From: a virus
Direction: 5' to 3' (one strand)
DNA length: 64,000 nt
Virus record (IMG/VR): IMGVR_UViG_3300046703_000100
Span: 27,573-91,572 of that record
How positions within the stretch are numbered: the first letter of the stretch is position 1; every line of letters begins with the position of its first letter. Positions 19,458 to 30,010 of this stretch are shown one piece after another. Made by a program: the position numbers and the translations under genes. Below the pieces are notes generated by a model that was not told the origin of the DNA, ran no database searches, and saw only the letters and a program-made list of their open reading frames with translations.

Positions 19458-19964
19458 ATGAAAGATACTAATACCTCTAATACTTTTTGGGGTTCAATTA
19501 TTGCAGGATTTTTAGGTGCATTAGGAGGTGCTGAAAATTCTAATAAAAACTTTCGAAGAATTGGATTACCTCTATTTCTTGCTGGTATCGCTTGGCAACA
19601 ATTTCATAATTGGTATATTTTTAGTATCTTCTTAATGATTCCTATATTATGTATAGGATATGGGTTAAACTCTCTATTATATAGGGTATTTTATGCCTTA
19701 TTTGGTCATAATGGCCTATTAGCCGATATATTTACAAGAAGTACGTTAGGATGTCTTCTTTCTTGTACTTTAGCTCCTATAGCCCTTATAACACAAAATT
19801 ACCTACTGTTTATAGTAGGTATGTTAACGATTATTTTAGTTTTTGGGTCGTTAAGTTGGAGAGATTTAGGTAGTTTTAAATTTCAAGGAAAACAATTGAT
19901 TTGGTCAGAATTCATCCCTTATGCTAGTATAGGAATTGTTTCTCTAATTTTAATCTATTTTTAG
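19458..19964 (+). CDS. integral membrane protein closing the glycosylation cluster
   Basis: About five hydrophobic segments. Confidence 0.65.
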   Translation: MKDTNTSNTFWGSIIAGFLGALGGAENSNKNFRRIGLPLFLAGIAWQQFHNWYIFSIFLMIPILCIGYGLNSLLYRVFYALFGHNGLLADIFTRSTLGCLLSCTLAPIALITQNYLLFIVGMLTIILVFGSLSWRDLGSFKFQGKQLIWSEFIPYASIGIVSLILIYF

Positions 19965-19982
19965 ATAAGTAGTTCTATTTAG

Positions 19983-20441
19983 TTAAACCTTAATAACTTT
20001 CCATTTCAACCATTTAATCTTTAGATTTAATTCCGCATCAAACCATCTGCTTTTAATTTGTTCAAAGATAGATTTGTGGATTAATCGCAATCCCGATTCA
20101 GTAATAAATATTTTATATTCTTCTTCATGCCAAAATAAAGCATTATCTAACCGTTGAATATCTTCTGTCAACGGATTTTTTATTTGATTTACAAGTAAAA
20201 TCCAATCGTAACCTTCTTGGGAGAATGTTCTCGCTCCTAATTGAATTATAAAAGATTTATTTCGTCTTGGATAAATACATACTGCTGGAATCTCTTTTAA
20301 CCAAAGATTAGTTGCTGTTTTATCTTTTGAACCATTATCTATAAAAACATAAGGAACTTCTAATTTATCTAATTCATCGGCTAATCTTTCAACATTATTT
20401 TCTTCATTATAGACAGGAATTAAAACTGCAAATTTATCCAT
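19983..20441 (-). CDS. short GT2-like glycosyltransferase
   Basis: VLIPVYNEE, FIDNGSKDKT; the second DxD is not evident. Confidence 0.65.
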   Translation of the reverse strand: MDKFAVLIPVYNEENNVERLADELDKLEVPYVFIDNGSKDKTATNLWLKEIPAVCIYPRRNKSFIIQLGARTFSQEGYDWILLVNQIKNPLTEDIQRLDNALFWHEEEYKIFITESGLRLIHKSIFEQIKSRWFDAELNLKIKWLKWKVIKV

Positions 20442-20562
20442 ATGTACCCCTTATAGTTCATGAGTTACATTACGACCACGTTTACACCTATTAAAGTCTT
20501 CCGGTGTAATAAATTTATAATGAATTTTGTTAATGTAATAACCTTGTTTCATAAAATTCCTT

Positions 20563-21684
20563 TTAAGAAATAAAAGACATTTGACTTACTATTAATGTAC
20601 CTGAACATACAAAACTTTCTGGAGAGAAATCGGGGTGATTCCACTCGATAAATGGAGGAGGATTAAGACCTACAGTTGCTTTTGCTAAACAATGTACAGA
20701 AAATACTTTATCTAAAGCAGTTGGTACACGACCCATAGAACTTGTAAAAAATGAATATATATTAGTACCAGATGGAGGCATAAAAAAGAAATTTGTAGTT
20801 CCATTGTTTATAAATGTAATATATTTTTCAAGTAGTCCACCAGAATTGGAAACACTATGATATAAAGTTAATGTTGGAGTAATTGGAATATAAGGAGTAT
20901 AATTTTGAAAATATCTTAAATATACTAAAGTATAATATACAGTATCCGGGTCATACATTCCAATCCAGTAATGTGTTGCAGAAACGACTCCTGAAGCATT
21001 GCCAATGTATCTGCCTTTGGAAGTAACTGATGCAGAAGCATCTACAAAAGGTACATATACAGCAGAATCAGTTTTGTTTCCAAGTGTTACTTGAGCTGTT
21101 CCAGAATTGATACCAAGATATACATACACTTGATGTCCTGCTGTGCAATCCATCATCGCTACATCTTGTGTTGTAAATTTTCTTAAATCTTCAATGTGCA
21201 TATGTGTAATATTCCCCTGCCAAAGAGGAGAAGTTAAAGTTGGGTCTATCCAATCTAATTGATGAGGTTTTTGACGTTCTATTCCATCTACATCGTAATT
21301 CAGATATTGTTCCATAATTGCAGTACGCTCTATTGGAGTCGTACTTCCTGTAATACCTAAACCTTTTTCTATAGCATCTCTTAATTCTTTTATATGTATT
21401 TTATTAGGAATCCAAAAACTACCTGGTGCTCCTTCAACTGGAGTCCATCCAGCAATAGGTTTATTATCATCGTTGGCATCTTGTAATTCTTTTATATGTT
21501 TATTTTTAACAATTGTAAATCCTTGATAAAGATTTTTTGTAGGGTCTGTTTGAGGCACTAATAAACCAGAAATTTCATCATAAATAAACTTAGACCCACC
21601 TTTTACAAGTAGTGGGTCTTCTGTATATTTTAAATCTGCAAATTTACTGAAACAATAAGGGCAAAGGTCTGAATTAAGAGACAT
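20563..21684 (-). CDS. putative tail tip / minor virion protein
   Basis: Three copies of HIxELR/Q (HIKELQ, HIKELR, HIEDLR); at the distal end of the tail operon. Confidence 0.5.
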   Translation of the reverse strand: MSLNSDLCPYCFSKFADLKYTEDPLLVKGGSKFIYDEISGLLVPQTDPTKNLYQGFTIVKNKHIKELQDANDDNKPIAGWTPVEGAPGSFWIPNKIHIKELRDAIEKGLGITGSTTPIERTAIMEQYLNYDVDGIERQKPHQLDWIDPTLTSPLWQGNITHMHIEDLRKFTTQDVAMMDCTAGHQVYVYLGINSGTAQVTLGNKTDSAVYVPFVDASASVTSKGRYIGNASGVVSATHYWIGMYDPDTVYYTLVYLRYFQNYTPYIPITPTLTLYHSVSNSGGLLEKYITFINNGTTNFFFMPPSGTNIYSFFTSSMGRVPTALDKVFSVHCLAKATVGLNPPPFIEWNHPDFSPESFVCSGTLIVSQMSFIS

Positions 21685-21698
21685 AATTATTCCTTATT

Positions 21699-22565
21699 TT
21701 AATCCATTCTTTCGTCAGGAATTAAAGTAAAAGTTTGATGAATTTTTACCCATTCATCTGAATGTACTGGAGCTACATATGCAGGAGAATCATGAACAGC
21801 AGGTTGTCCTGGTGCTGGACTAACAGGAGTTATATCTTCAGCATAAACAGCATAAAATCTCCAACATTTTGCTGTTTTATCCCAAACTACAGAATTTTTT
21901 GCATCATCTTGTGCTATTTCATTTTGTTTTGATATTGAATTTATCTGTCCTTTTGGAATATATAGTAAGGATTTCATTTCGTTTCCGTTTACATCTTTTA
22001 AAAGATTACCGTCTTTATCTCTTAAAACAAAATAACATTTAGCTAAATCTATTTCGAATGTAGAAACTCCCCATTTTTGAGCATTTGGGTTAAAAATAAA
22101 ATCAATATTTCCTATTTTATCTACACTTGTACTTTTTCCTGTTTCATCAATAGCATCTGCTTTTTTTATTGGCGGATTATCTTTCCAAAATTGTTGAGAA
22201 TGTTGTCCATGAGTAATATCTGTTGACCAATTAGTGTCGTATTCTACAATCTCTAAAGATTTAATATCTAAAGCTCCACCAGAATAACGTGTATGAAAAT
22301 GACAATTATAACCTTTGGTGGGTTCTGGTGGTTTTGTATATAACGGAGGATTTTTTAATTCGGAGTCATTCCAAGCTATACTTCCATCACTATTTGTACC
22401 TATATCTGAAATACGAAAAGCTTTTGTTTCTGTTCCTCCTAATGAATAAGGAACAGGGTCTTTTTCTTCAGTATTTGTTGAAAAATCTTCTACTTTATTT
22501 TCTAATCCAGCTATTTTAAGATATATTTCCTCTAATTGTTCACTTAAAGTTTTAAATTCTTCCAT
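21699..22565 (-). CDS. putative tail tip protein
   Basis: Position after the hub protein; coupled by TAATG. Confidence 0.5.
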   Translation of the reverse strand: MEEFKTLSEQLEEIYLKIAGLENKVEDFSTNTEEKDPVPYSLGGTETKAFRISDIGTNSDGSIAWNDSELKNPPLYTKPPEPTKGYNCHFHTRYSGGALDIKSLEIVEYDTNWSTDITHGQHSQQFWKDNPPIKKADAIDETGKSTSVDKIGNIDFIFNPNAQKWGVSTFEIDLAKCYFVLRDKDGNLLKDVNGNEMKSLLYIPKGQINSISKQNEIAQDDAKNSVVWDKTAKCWRFYAVYAEDITPVSPAPGQPAVHDSPAYVAPVHSDEWVKIHQTFTLIPDERMD

Positions 22566-25500
22566 TAGAAATAATCCTCTCCTCTTGACTGTATTGAAAC
22601 ACTTCGTATATAAGTTCTATTATTTTCTAATTGTAAAGTAACTTGAAAATCTGATAATCGATAAGTCATATTTATAATATTCAAAGGAGTATTCATAACT
22701 CCAGGAATTTGTATACGTTTAGATAAATCAATATTATAAAAACAAACTGCATCTAATGTTAAATTAATATTTCCTATTATTTTTTCATCGCAAGTTTTAC
22801 TTAGTTGCCAATTAGCATAATCAATTGCAAAAGTAGTATCGTTCCAAGTGGGTATATATTGTACATTTCCATTATCGTCTGTATAAAAACCACCTTTTTG
22901 TATACTTAATCCAGATAATGATAAATCTCCATAATATGTAGTGGGATATGTTCCCATTTTACCAGTATAAAACCATAGTGGATAAGGATAAGTAGTAGGT
23001 GATTGATGTACTTTTTTATATAACGTTACAAATACAGTAGGACGTTGAACTGCAATACATTCTCCATGTTCGTTATATTTTTTAAAATATATTCGTTCAT
23101 TAAATGTAAGTGTCGAATTTTTATAATCTATTGAATAACCGTCTTTTTGTACACCTATTGTTTTGTTACATATCCAACCAAATCCACCTCCGTTTATTTC
23201 AACTCTAGGAGCATATCGGTCAGACCAAGTATCGTCTGGAGAATTTAAAGTTCCATAAGCGTCTAAACTATATTTTTTAAATACATCGTTATATAAATGT
23301 TCTTTTCCTGTTTCAGGATGATTAAAATCATATCCTAATTGATTTTCGGGTGTTGCCAGAATTTCGAGGGAATTTTCCCATGTAGGATTGGGTTGAAAAT
23401 AAACATTTTCATAATAATAAGATTGATAACTTCTATTACCTAAAGTATCTACATAAATCCCCATTTGAACACGTAAATCGTTTATTATATTAGTAGCGTC
23501 TGATTTGAAAGATTGACTTAATACATCGTACAATCCTAAATTTTGATTAAATTGTTGAGCGTTTAACTTAACAATACTGCCTTGTCCTGCTCGCCAAAGA
23601 ATAGGATTATCGCTTTCATTATAAAACCAGCCATAATTACCGCAATTATTAATTAATTCGGTAATACTTTCTGATTTAGCTTTTCCCCAACAATTTACAG
23701 TTTGAGGAATAAAATTACCAAATTCTACAGGAACTCCTAAAGCAGAAAGAGCTACAGCAGGAGTTTTATAATATAATTCTCCTGGAACTGCTCCATAAGG
23801 TAAATGTCCAACAAGAAAATATACTCTTGTTTTATTTTGTTTCCACATTTCGTCTGCACAAGAAAGTTGTATATGTTCTGGATTATCTGTAGGAGTTATT
23901 TGTGTAATATAACCTTTAAATAATGTCCATATATGATATTTTATTTCAATTACCGATTCTATTGCAGGAATAGTATCGTCATAAGGTCTAGCTAAAACTA
24001 CATTAGCAGTATGAGCATTATTAAGACCTTTAGTAATAGAAATAGAATCTACATCAACATCTGTGGTTTCTATAGTATTAATGTATACTTTGATATAGTC
24101 TTTTCCTAATGATTGTATTTCTCCAGTTGCAGGAACTTGCCAAGATGCTCTCATTCTAAAATCGTTGTTACAAGAATATACTCCAGGACTACGAAAAAGA
24201 ATTTTATTAGTCCAATTAATAAAAGTACTTTGTAACATTGAAAATTTATTGTTTATATTTGAAATAATTTGAGACATGAAACTAAATTTGTTATGTATAA
24301 ATGCAAGTGGTAAACGTGCTTCTATTTCATCGGATAAATTCAAAGTATCTATTTCTTCTTCAGAAATAGTTTGTGATAAATCTATCATATCTGATAAACT
24401 TAAAAGGTCTGTTTCAATTGCTTTTTGTGGTCTTTCTATAACTAAAATATCATCTGATAAAGAAAAAGAATCTGTATCTTCTTCGTCTTCATTTAACCAA
24501 TGTATGTTATCTGCTAAAGTTAAAGTATCTGATTTAATTACGTTTTCAAGTGGTATATTTGCATAGATTTCATCTGATAATGTTAATGTATCTGTTTCAA
24601 TTACTTGTTCCACTACAGGCAAAGAAAATTTTTCAAAATATTCTTCATTGGCACTACTTTTTTTATAAGTATAATATAAATATGGAGTATTAAATAATAA
24701 ATTAGGTAATTGTAAATTACAATTTGTTGCAGATGCTAATAAAAGAGTTTCAATAGACCAAGAAGAACCGTTCCATAATACATAATAAAGATTTGAAGTA
24801 CCGTTTATTTCATAAACTAAATAAATATTATTTCCGTAAGTCATTATACTCTGAAAATTTTGATAATTATTGGTAGTATTAGTAATTATAGTTGTCCAAC
24901 TACCCCAAGAACCTTCAGATTTCTTTTTATATTGTAATTGATAATCTGAACCTGTTTTATATGACCTAAACATCCATATAGTATCTGAATCTCTTTCTGC
25001 TACAATAGATAAAGCTCTATAAAGGGTTGTATCGCTTATATCTATAGTTTCTACAACCCAAGAATCAGGACTGTTTTCAGTTTTAGTAATTTTTGTTTCT
25101 TTGATTAATGTAGAACTATTTAACCACATAGCATATAAATGAGAATTAAAAGCTAAACAAAAACTTCCTTGATAATTATAAACGCCAACATTTAAAGTTT
25201 TAGAGTCTATTTCTTCAACCCAAGTAGTACCTCCATCAATACTTGTATGACAACAATAATAATAATATCCAGAATCATTGCCTCCACCAAAAAGAATTAA
25301 ATTATTGTCTGAATCTATTTCAGCGTTTATACTTGCTCTATAATTAGTAGCTCCTGTAATGGATGTAACGCTTCCCCATGTTCCAGAAATTTTTTGAAAA
25401 AATTTAACTTGTCCTGAATCTGTATAAAAAACAGAAATATTACCCAAAGAATCTACTACAATTGCAGGATTTGTATTAGGGAATCCAAGAGTAACTAATG

Positions 25501-25702
25501 TTTTATAAGTTCCGCTACCACCTCCATCACCATCTTTAAATGTAGTTCCTCCATCGATAGAAACTGCATAATACAAATGACTAGTAGAAGCTCTAGCATC
25601 CCACCCACATATATGAATATAACCAGAAGAATCTATAAAAATAGAATTACTAACGAAGAATCCTGCTCCATAAAATGTAGTGTTCCATAATTTAACAGCC
25701 AT
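22565..25702 (-). CDS. large tail protein: Asp-box beta-propeller + acidic repeats + Tal/hub-like region
   Basis: Asp-boxes SIDGGTTF and SIDGGTTW; DxLxLSD repeats; hub-like LFKGYITQI...LSCAD. Confidence 0.65.
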   Translation of the reverse strand: MAVKLWNTTFYGAGFFVSNSIFIDSSGYIHICGWDARASTSHLYYAVSIDGGTTFKDGDGGGSGTYKTLVTLGFPNTNPAIVVDSLGNISVFYTDSGQVKFFQKISGTWGSVTSITGATNYRASINAEIDSDNNLILFGGGNDSGYYYYCCHTSIDGGTTWVEEIDSKTLNVGVYNYQGSFCLAFNSHLYAMWLNSSTLIKETKITKTENSPDSWVVETIDISDTTLYRALSIVAERDSDTIWMFRSYKTGSDYQLQYKKKSEGSWGSWTTIITNTTNNYQNFQSIMTYGNNIYLVYEINGTSNLYYVLWNGSSWSIETLLLASATNCNLQLPNLLFNTPYLYYTYKKSSANEEYFEKFSLPVVEQVIETDTLTLSDEIYANIPLENVIKSDTLTLADNIHWLNEDEEDTDSFSLSDDILVIERPQKAIETDLLSLSDMIDLSQTISEEEIDTLNLSDEIEARLPLAFIHNKFSFMSQIISNINNKFSMLQSTFINWTNKILFRSPGVYSCNNDFRMRASWQVPATGEIQSLGKDYIKVYINTIETTDVDVDSISITKGLNNAHTANVVLARPYDDTIPAIESVIEIKYHIWTLFKGYITQITPTDNPEHIQLSCADEMWKQNKTRVYFLVGHLPYGAVPGELYYKTPAVALSALGVPVEFGNFIPQTVNCWGKAKSESITELINNCGNYGWFYNESDNPILWRAGQGSIVKLNAQQFNQNLGLYDVLSQSFKSDATNIINDLRVQMGIYVDTLGNRSYQSYYYENVYFQPNPTWENSLEILATPENQLGYDFNHPETGKEHLYNDVFKKYSLDAYGTLNSPDDTWSDRYAPRVEINGGGFGWICNKTIGVQKDGYSIDYKNSTLTFNERIYFKKYNEHGECIAVQRPTVFVTLYKKVHQSPTTYPYPLWFYTGKMGTYPTTYYGDLSLSGLSIQKGGFYTDDNGNVQYIPTWNDTTFAIDYANWQLSKTCDEKIIGNINLTLDAVCFYNIDLSKRIQIPGVMNTPLNIINMTYRLSDFQVTLQLENNRTYIRSVSIQSRGEDYF

Positions 25703-25749
25703 AAAAACACTTCTCCCTACTTATATAATTAAAATTATTATATTTTCTT

Positions 25750-26187
25750 TTAAGATACCGTTACAGTAATTTTTACATAAAGATTCGTAGAAATATCTAC
25801 ATTCTTTGCAGAAAATGTAAAACTATCTAACATAATAGAACCAGAAGGAACCTCTGAATTAAAAGTTCCTGCTTCTATAATAGCATAAGATTCTGCCGTT
25901 CCAAATGTAAAAGTATGTTCAAATACTGCTTTAGCAGATGCTAAATAACTTAAAGTAGCAAGAGAACGTGCAACCTCTGTACCTAATGCACTTGAACCTG
26001 GAGTACTTGTTCCTATAGCAATAGCTCTAAAATAAGTAGAATCTACACCATTAAGTAGTTTAGCTACTTCTACTTTACCATCAGTGGTTATTGTATTATC
26101 TGTTTCCCATCTGTCTAAAATTTTACCTGTAACTGCATCTCTTATTTCAAACTCTCCATGACCTTTTAAAACAATCTTATCTTTCAT
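25750..26187 (-). CDS. putative tail/baseplate structural protein
   Basis: N.IT..GK...A, IAIGT, L..EVAR, I.EAG.F pattern typical of phage fibre-collar-like proteins. Confidence 0.6.
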   Translation of the reverse strand: MKDKIVLKGHGEFEIRDAVTGKILDRWETDNTITTDGKVEVAKLLNGVDSTYFRAIAIGTSTPGSSALGTEVARSLATLSYLASAKAVFEHTFTFGTAESYAIIEAGTFNSEVPSGSIMLDSFTFSAKNVDISTNLYVKITVTVS

Positions 26188-26200
26188 GACTTTATTCCTC

Positions 26201-26572
26201 CTATTTTTTCCAACCTATTTTATTTAAAGACTTTACATATTCGTTATTTTCGTCAAATAAATGAACTTTTATATCTCCCGACAAAACATGTATTTTATAT
26301 TCTATCACTTTATCTTTTTTTTGACCTAATATATGAATATTTTGTATTTGGGTTTTTCCTGCACTTTCTCCTGATAAAATTTTTGTACATTCTATATACT
26401 GATAATACCGAGAATATTCTGACATAATAAAATAATCTCCTGTAGGCATACGAAAGAATATTTTTTTAATAGATTTATCAGGTATTTCTTTCCATCCACT
26501 ATTAAAATAATCTTTTTTTCCATAATAAGTATCGTTATCAGCAAAAAGAATTATAAATAAAGGTGTGTTCAT
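26201..26572 (-). CDS. hypothetical protein
   Basis: ORF track, within the tail operon. Confidence 0.55.
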   Translation of the reverse strand: MNTPLFIILFADNDTYYGKKDYFNSGWKEIPDKSIKKIFFRMPTGDYFIMSEYSRYYQYIECTKILSGESAGKTQIQNIHILGQKKDKVIEYKIHVLSGDIKVHLFDENNEYVKSLNKIGWKK

Positions 26573-26586
26573 ATTTATCCTTTCGC

Positions 26587-27246
26587 TTAGATGAAGGAAA
26601 ATCTCACGACGAGAGAGAATGTCTCAATCGCAGGAATTGAATAATTTGCAGGTATTACAATTTTAATATTTGCGTATAACTCTTGTGAAGTTTCAGCAGA
26701 AATTAAAACAGGTAATGCTCCAATTCCATCATTTAAAGGAACAACTCTTGTAGCACCACTTCCTGCAATAGCAGTACCAACCCAAGCAGAACCAGGTAAT
26801 GCAGAAGTAGTACAAACTGCTGTAACCATTGAATTAGCTGGTGTACCTGCTCCTAATACATTTTTATTAGTAGTAAGCATTGTATCATCATCCCACGCTT
26901 CTAATTGTGGTTCAGTTGCAGTCGCACCGTCAAAAGAAAAACAAAATACATATTGTGCGTTATCGCCCATGCCTTTAACTTCTCTTGTATAAATTCCTCC
27001 TGGAGCAGAATAATCCATCAACAAACATAAAGCAACCATAACATCTACACTCGGACTAATAATTGGAGAAGCATTTGTTAATTCAGTTTGAGATGGTTCA
27101 TGTGTCATTCCATCTTTTACAATTGTATTACCTGCCGTCCATATAAGGTAATCCAACAAGAGGTCGACATCAAGATAATCTCCTGGAGTTGTTGAAAAAG
27201 GTATATCTGCATCTACGGTATTGACTTTGAATATTAAATCTGTCAT
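26587..27246 (-). CDS. putative virion structural protein
   Basis: Acidic and T/A/G-rich; AAGGAGA RBS; tail operon. Confidence 0.55.
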   Translation of the reverse strand: MTDLIFKVNTVDADIPFSTTPGDYLDVDLLLDYLIWTAGNTIVKDGMTHEPSQTELTNASPIISPSVDVMVALCLLMDYSAPGGIYTREVKGMGDNAQYVFCFSFDGATATEPQLEAWDDDTMLTTNKNVLGAGTPANSMVTAVCTTSALPGSAWVGTAIAGSGATRVVPLNDGIGALPVLISAETSQELYANIKIVIPANYSIPAIETFSLVVRFSFI

Positions 27247-27265
27247 ATATTTATCTCCTTACTTT

Positions 27266-27694
27266 CTAAAAACTTGTAATTAAAAATTTTACATTATATT
27301 CCAAACTTTCGGTTCTCATACTCGTTCCAAAAGTTATATCTTCAGTTCTTATTACTGCAAAACTCCAAGAAGTAATCCATTGACCTCCGCCAGAAGCATT
27401 AGGGTCGTAATACTGGAGTGTAAGAGTAGCTGGTAAAGTAGTTATATTAGTTCGCAATTCACCTTGTTTTGTCATTAAATCTACATAACCATCGTTTGAC
27501 CATAATATTCCTTTAACATCTATGTCTACAGATTTCTTACCCCCTTTGATGACAATACTTCCATCTGCTCTTATACCTCTTATAACATTAGCTTTCATTC
27601 CAGGAACAGGGTCAGAAATATTTTGAACATATGGTAAATCATGGTCTCCACCACCGTCATTAAATGTAAGTTTTACAGAATAATCTTGATACAT
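27266..27694 (-). CDS. putative distal tail protein (Dit-like)
   Basis: Immediately downstream of the tape measure; ~140 aa, beta-rich. Confidence 0.5.
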   Translation of the reverse strand: MYQDYSVKLTFNDGGGDHDLPYVQNISDPVPGMKANVIRGIRADGSIVIKGGKKSVDIDVKGILWSNDGYVDLMTKQGELRTNITTLPATLTLQYYDPNASGGGQWITSWSFAVIRTEDITFGTSMRTESLEYNVKFLITSF

Positions 27695-27706
27695 ATATTA
27701 CTCCTT

Positions 27707-30007
27707 TTAAGGCTTCGTATTTGTTACAATTTTTGTCATTGTTCTTTGTAATTGAGGGTCTGTTTCTAGTAAAGCTTTTACTCTTTTACGTACTTCGGCT
27801 TCCCATTCAGTATGTGCACCACCAAAAGGAATATTAACGTTTATTTCCATTTGAGTATTTACACCTTCTCCTTTATGTACACCAGAAGTACCTTCTGTAA
27901 GTTTCTTGAATAATTCACTGAGTCCATTAACATTAGTACCTATATTGCCTAATCCTGCAAATTCGTTCATTGCTGATTGAGCAAAATCTTTACCAAATGT
28001 TTTTGCTTTATCGTGTTCAAGTCTATCCCATTCATCCCAAAATTGAGATGCTCCTGTTTTAAATCCTTTAATTGCTTCTTCGGGAACTTTTGTTATTCCT
28101 TCTTCGGGCATACCTGTAGGAAGTTTGTTTTTTTCGGCTATTAATCCACCAATCGTTTCTTGTTGTTGTTTAGTAAAATTTTTGCGATATTGTTCAATTA
28201 TTCCAGTATCATAAGGATTTGTTTGATATTGTTTTTGTATATCTTCGCCAGACATTAAACGTAATTCCATCATTCTACGTAATCTACCTTTTTCCATATC
28301 GTCTGCTTTTTCATATTGAAAAGCCAAATCAGATTCCGCAGATTTTTCTTTCTCTTTTTCTTTAGCAATTGCAATAACTTGTTGAAGTCTTAATTTTTCT
28401 AATTCTAATCTATCTACTTCGATACCTTTTGAGGAAGCATCTATTTGTAATTGTTGCATTTTTACTTCAAGAATTTGAGTTTCAGAAGCTCCCATTGTTT
28501 GTAATAATGCACCAAGTTCTTTAGCATATTGGGTTTCTTCTTTTTTAGAATCTAATTTTATTCCTTGTTGAACTGCTTCCTCACTGGCAACTCCTTGACT
28601 ACGTTTTTGATGTTCTTCCATTGTTCTTTGAGACTTTAACCATTCGTCTACATAGGCAGTAAAGCCTATATTATGAACCTGAAGTCCACCTGTTATATTA
28701 CCATGTAAAAATTTATCATATATTTCTACATATCTTTTAAAATTTTCTGTTAAAAAACCTAATCCTATTCCCAATCCTTGTACATTAGGTCTTATACTTA
28801 CAAGCCAATCATTCAAACTTTGTAAAAATCCTTGATATTTTGTAACGTGTCCTGCTCCATTTGTAAATTCAATTGATAATGCTCCTAAATCTGCTTTAAA
28901 TTGTTTAAATTGAGCTGAAATAGTGTTATCTACTATTTTTTTAGTTTTGTCAGCAAATCCAGTGGCGTTCATTTCAGCATCTTGTAATTTAGCAATTAAT
29001 TCATCAAAGAATGTTAAAATTTCTCTTGAAGGAGCTGAAGTTCTTGCACCGCCAAAAACTTTAGACAATGCATCCGACTGAGAAGCTGACAAAGTTGTGG
29101 AATTTTTTAGTTTTTCTCGAAGTTGTGTAAAAGTATCTATTATACTAATAGGTTTATTTGGATTTAATTGTAAATTAAAGACATTGGCTAATTCTTTTGA
29201 ATTTTTACTTAAATTAACAATTTCTTGAGATAATGATTGACCTGCACGACCACCTTCCACAAAATGAGTATTCAACATACCTAATAAAGTAATCATATTT
29301 TCAAATTTATCGCTTGTACCAGTTAAAAAAGGAGCTAATTTAGAATATCCTTGTGCAACACTGTCTACAGATGCTCCTTGACGAAATTCTGTAAAAGTTA
29401 AAATATCAACAATTTTATTAAATTTTTCAGCAGGTGTAAGTGCTTTGTCCATTTTATCAGCAACTTGTAAATAAGTTTGTGCTATTAATTTTCCTGCTTT
29501 TTCAGCTCCCATTCCAGTATCAGTCATTAAAGCTTCTGTAGCTTTTAATCCTGACATTGCAATACTTGTATCTCCTATAATTCGTTGTAAAGGAATAAAA
29601 GCTTTCGATAATTCCGCAACTCCAAATCTACTATTCATAGAGGTATCTAAAATTTCTTTTTGAATAGAATTTAATTGGGCAGAAATTTCTGAAGTAGTTC
29701 CACGCAAAGAGGCTTGTAATTTAGCCATATTATCTTCTAATTCAATATTTGCTTGTATCATGTCTTTAATAGTAGTTAATACTGCTAACATAACTGTTCT
29801 TATTGCCATCCATATAGGAGCTACTATTAAAGCACGTTGTCCAGCTTTTTCAATTATATTGCCAAAATCGTTAGTTTTTGCTCCTGCTATTTGAGCAGTG
29901 TCCCCTACTTGAGAAGTTACCGTTCCAAGTCCTTGTAAACCAGAAAGAACAGCTTGTTGCCCTTTTAATTGAGCTAAAATTGATAATATATATTCTTTGG
30001 CTTCCAT
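27707..30007 (-). CDS. tail tape measure protein
   Basis: Long helical protein with phage minor-tail-like GGRAGQSL and ALSKVFGG segments; follows the tail chaperone genes. Confidence 0.85.
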   Translation of the reverse strand: MEAKEYILSILAQLKGQQAVLSGLQGLGTVTSQVGDTAQIAGAKTNDFGNIIEKAGQRALIVAPIWMAIRTVMLAVLTTIKDMIQANIELEDNMAKLQASLRGTTSEISAQLNSIQKEILDTSMNSRFGVAELSKAFIPLQRIIGDTSIAMSGLKATEALMTDTGMGAEKAGKLIAQTYLQVADKMDKALTPAEKFNKIVDILTFTEFRQGASVDSVAQGYSKLAPFLTGTSDKFENMITLLGMLNTHFVEGGRAGQSLSQEIVNLSKNSKELANVFNLQLNPNKPISIIDTFTQLREKLKNSTTLSASQSDALSKVFGGARTSAPSREILTFFDELIAKLQDAEMNATGFADKTKKIVDNTISAQFKQFKADLGALSIEFTNGAGHVTKYQGFLQSLNDWLVSIRPNVQGLGIGLGFLTENFKRYVEIYDKFLHGNITGGLQVHNIGFTAYVDEWLKSQRTMEEHQKRSQGVASEEAVQQGIKLDSKKEETQYAKELGALLQTMGASETQILEVKMQQLQIDASSKGIEVDRLELEKLRLQQVIAIAKEKEKEKSAESDLAFQYEKADDMEKGRLRRMMELRLMSGEDIQKQYQTNPYDTGIIEQYRKNFTKQQQETIGGLIAEKNKLPTGMPEEGITKVPEEAIKGFKTGASQFWDEWDRLEHDKAKTFGKDFAQSAMNEFAGLGNIGTNVNGLSELFKKLTEGTSGVHKGEGVNTQMEINVNIPFGGAHTEWEAEVRKRVKALLETDPQLQRTMTKIVTNTKP

Positions 30008-30010
30008 TTT

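Noticed and set aside
4330-19850. Short GC-richer patches with TTTGAG/TTCTAAG/CCCTTAG-like words inside genes (~4330, ~11150, ~12900, ~17240-17340, ~19760)
   Set aside because: Could be a dispersed DNA signal, but I could not derive a consistent consensus by eye; needs motif discovery
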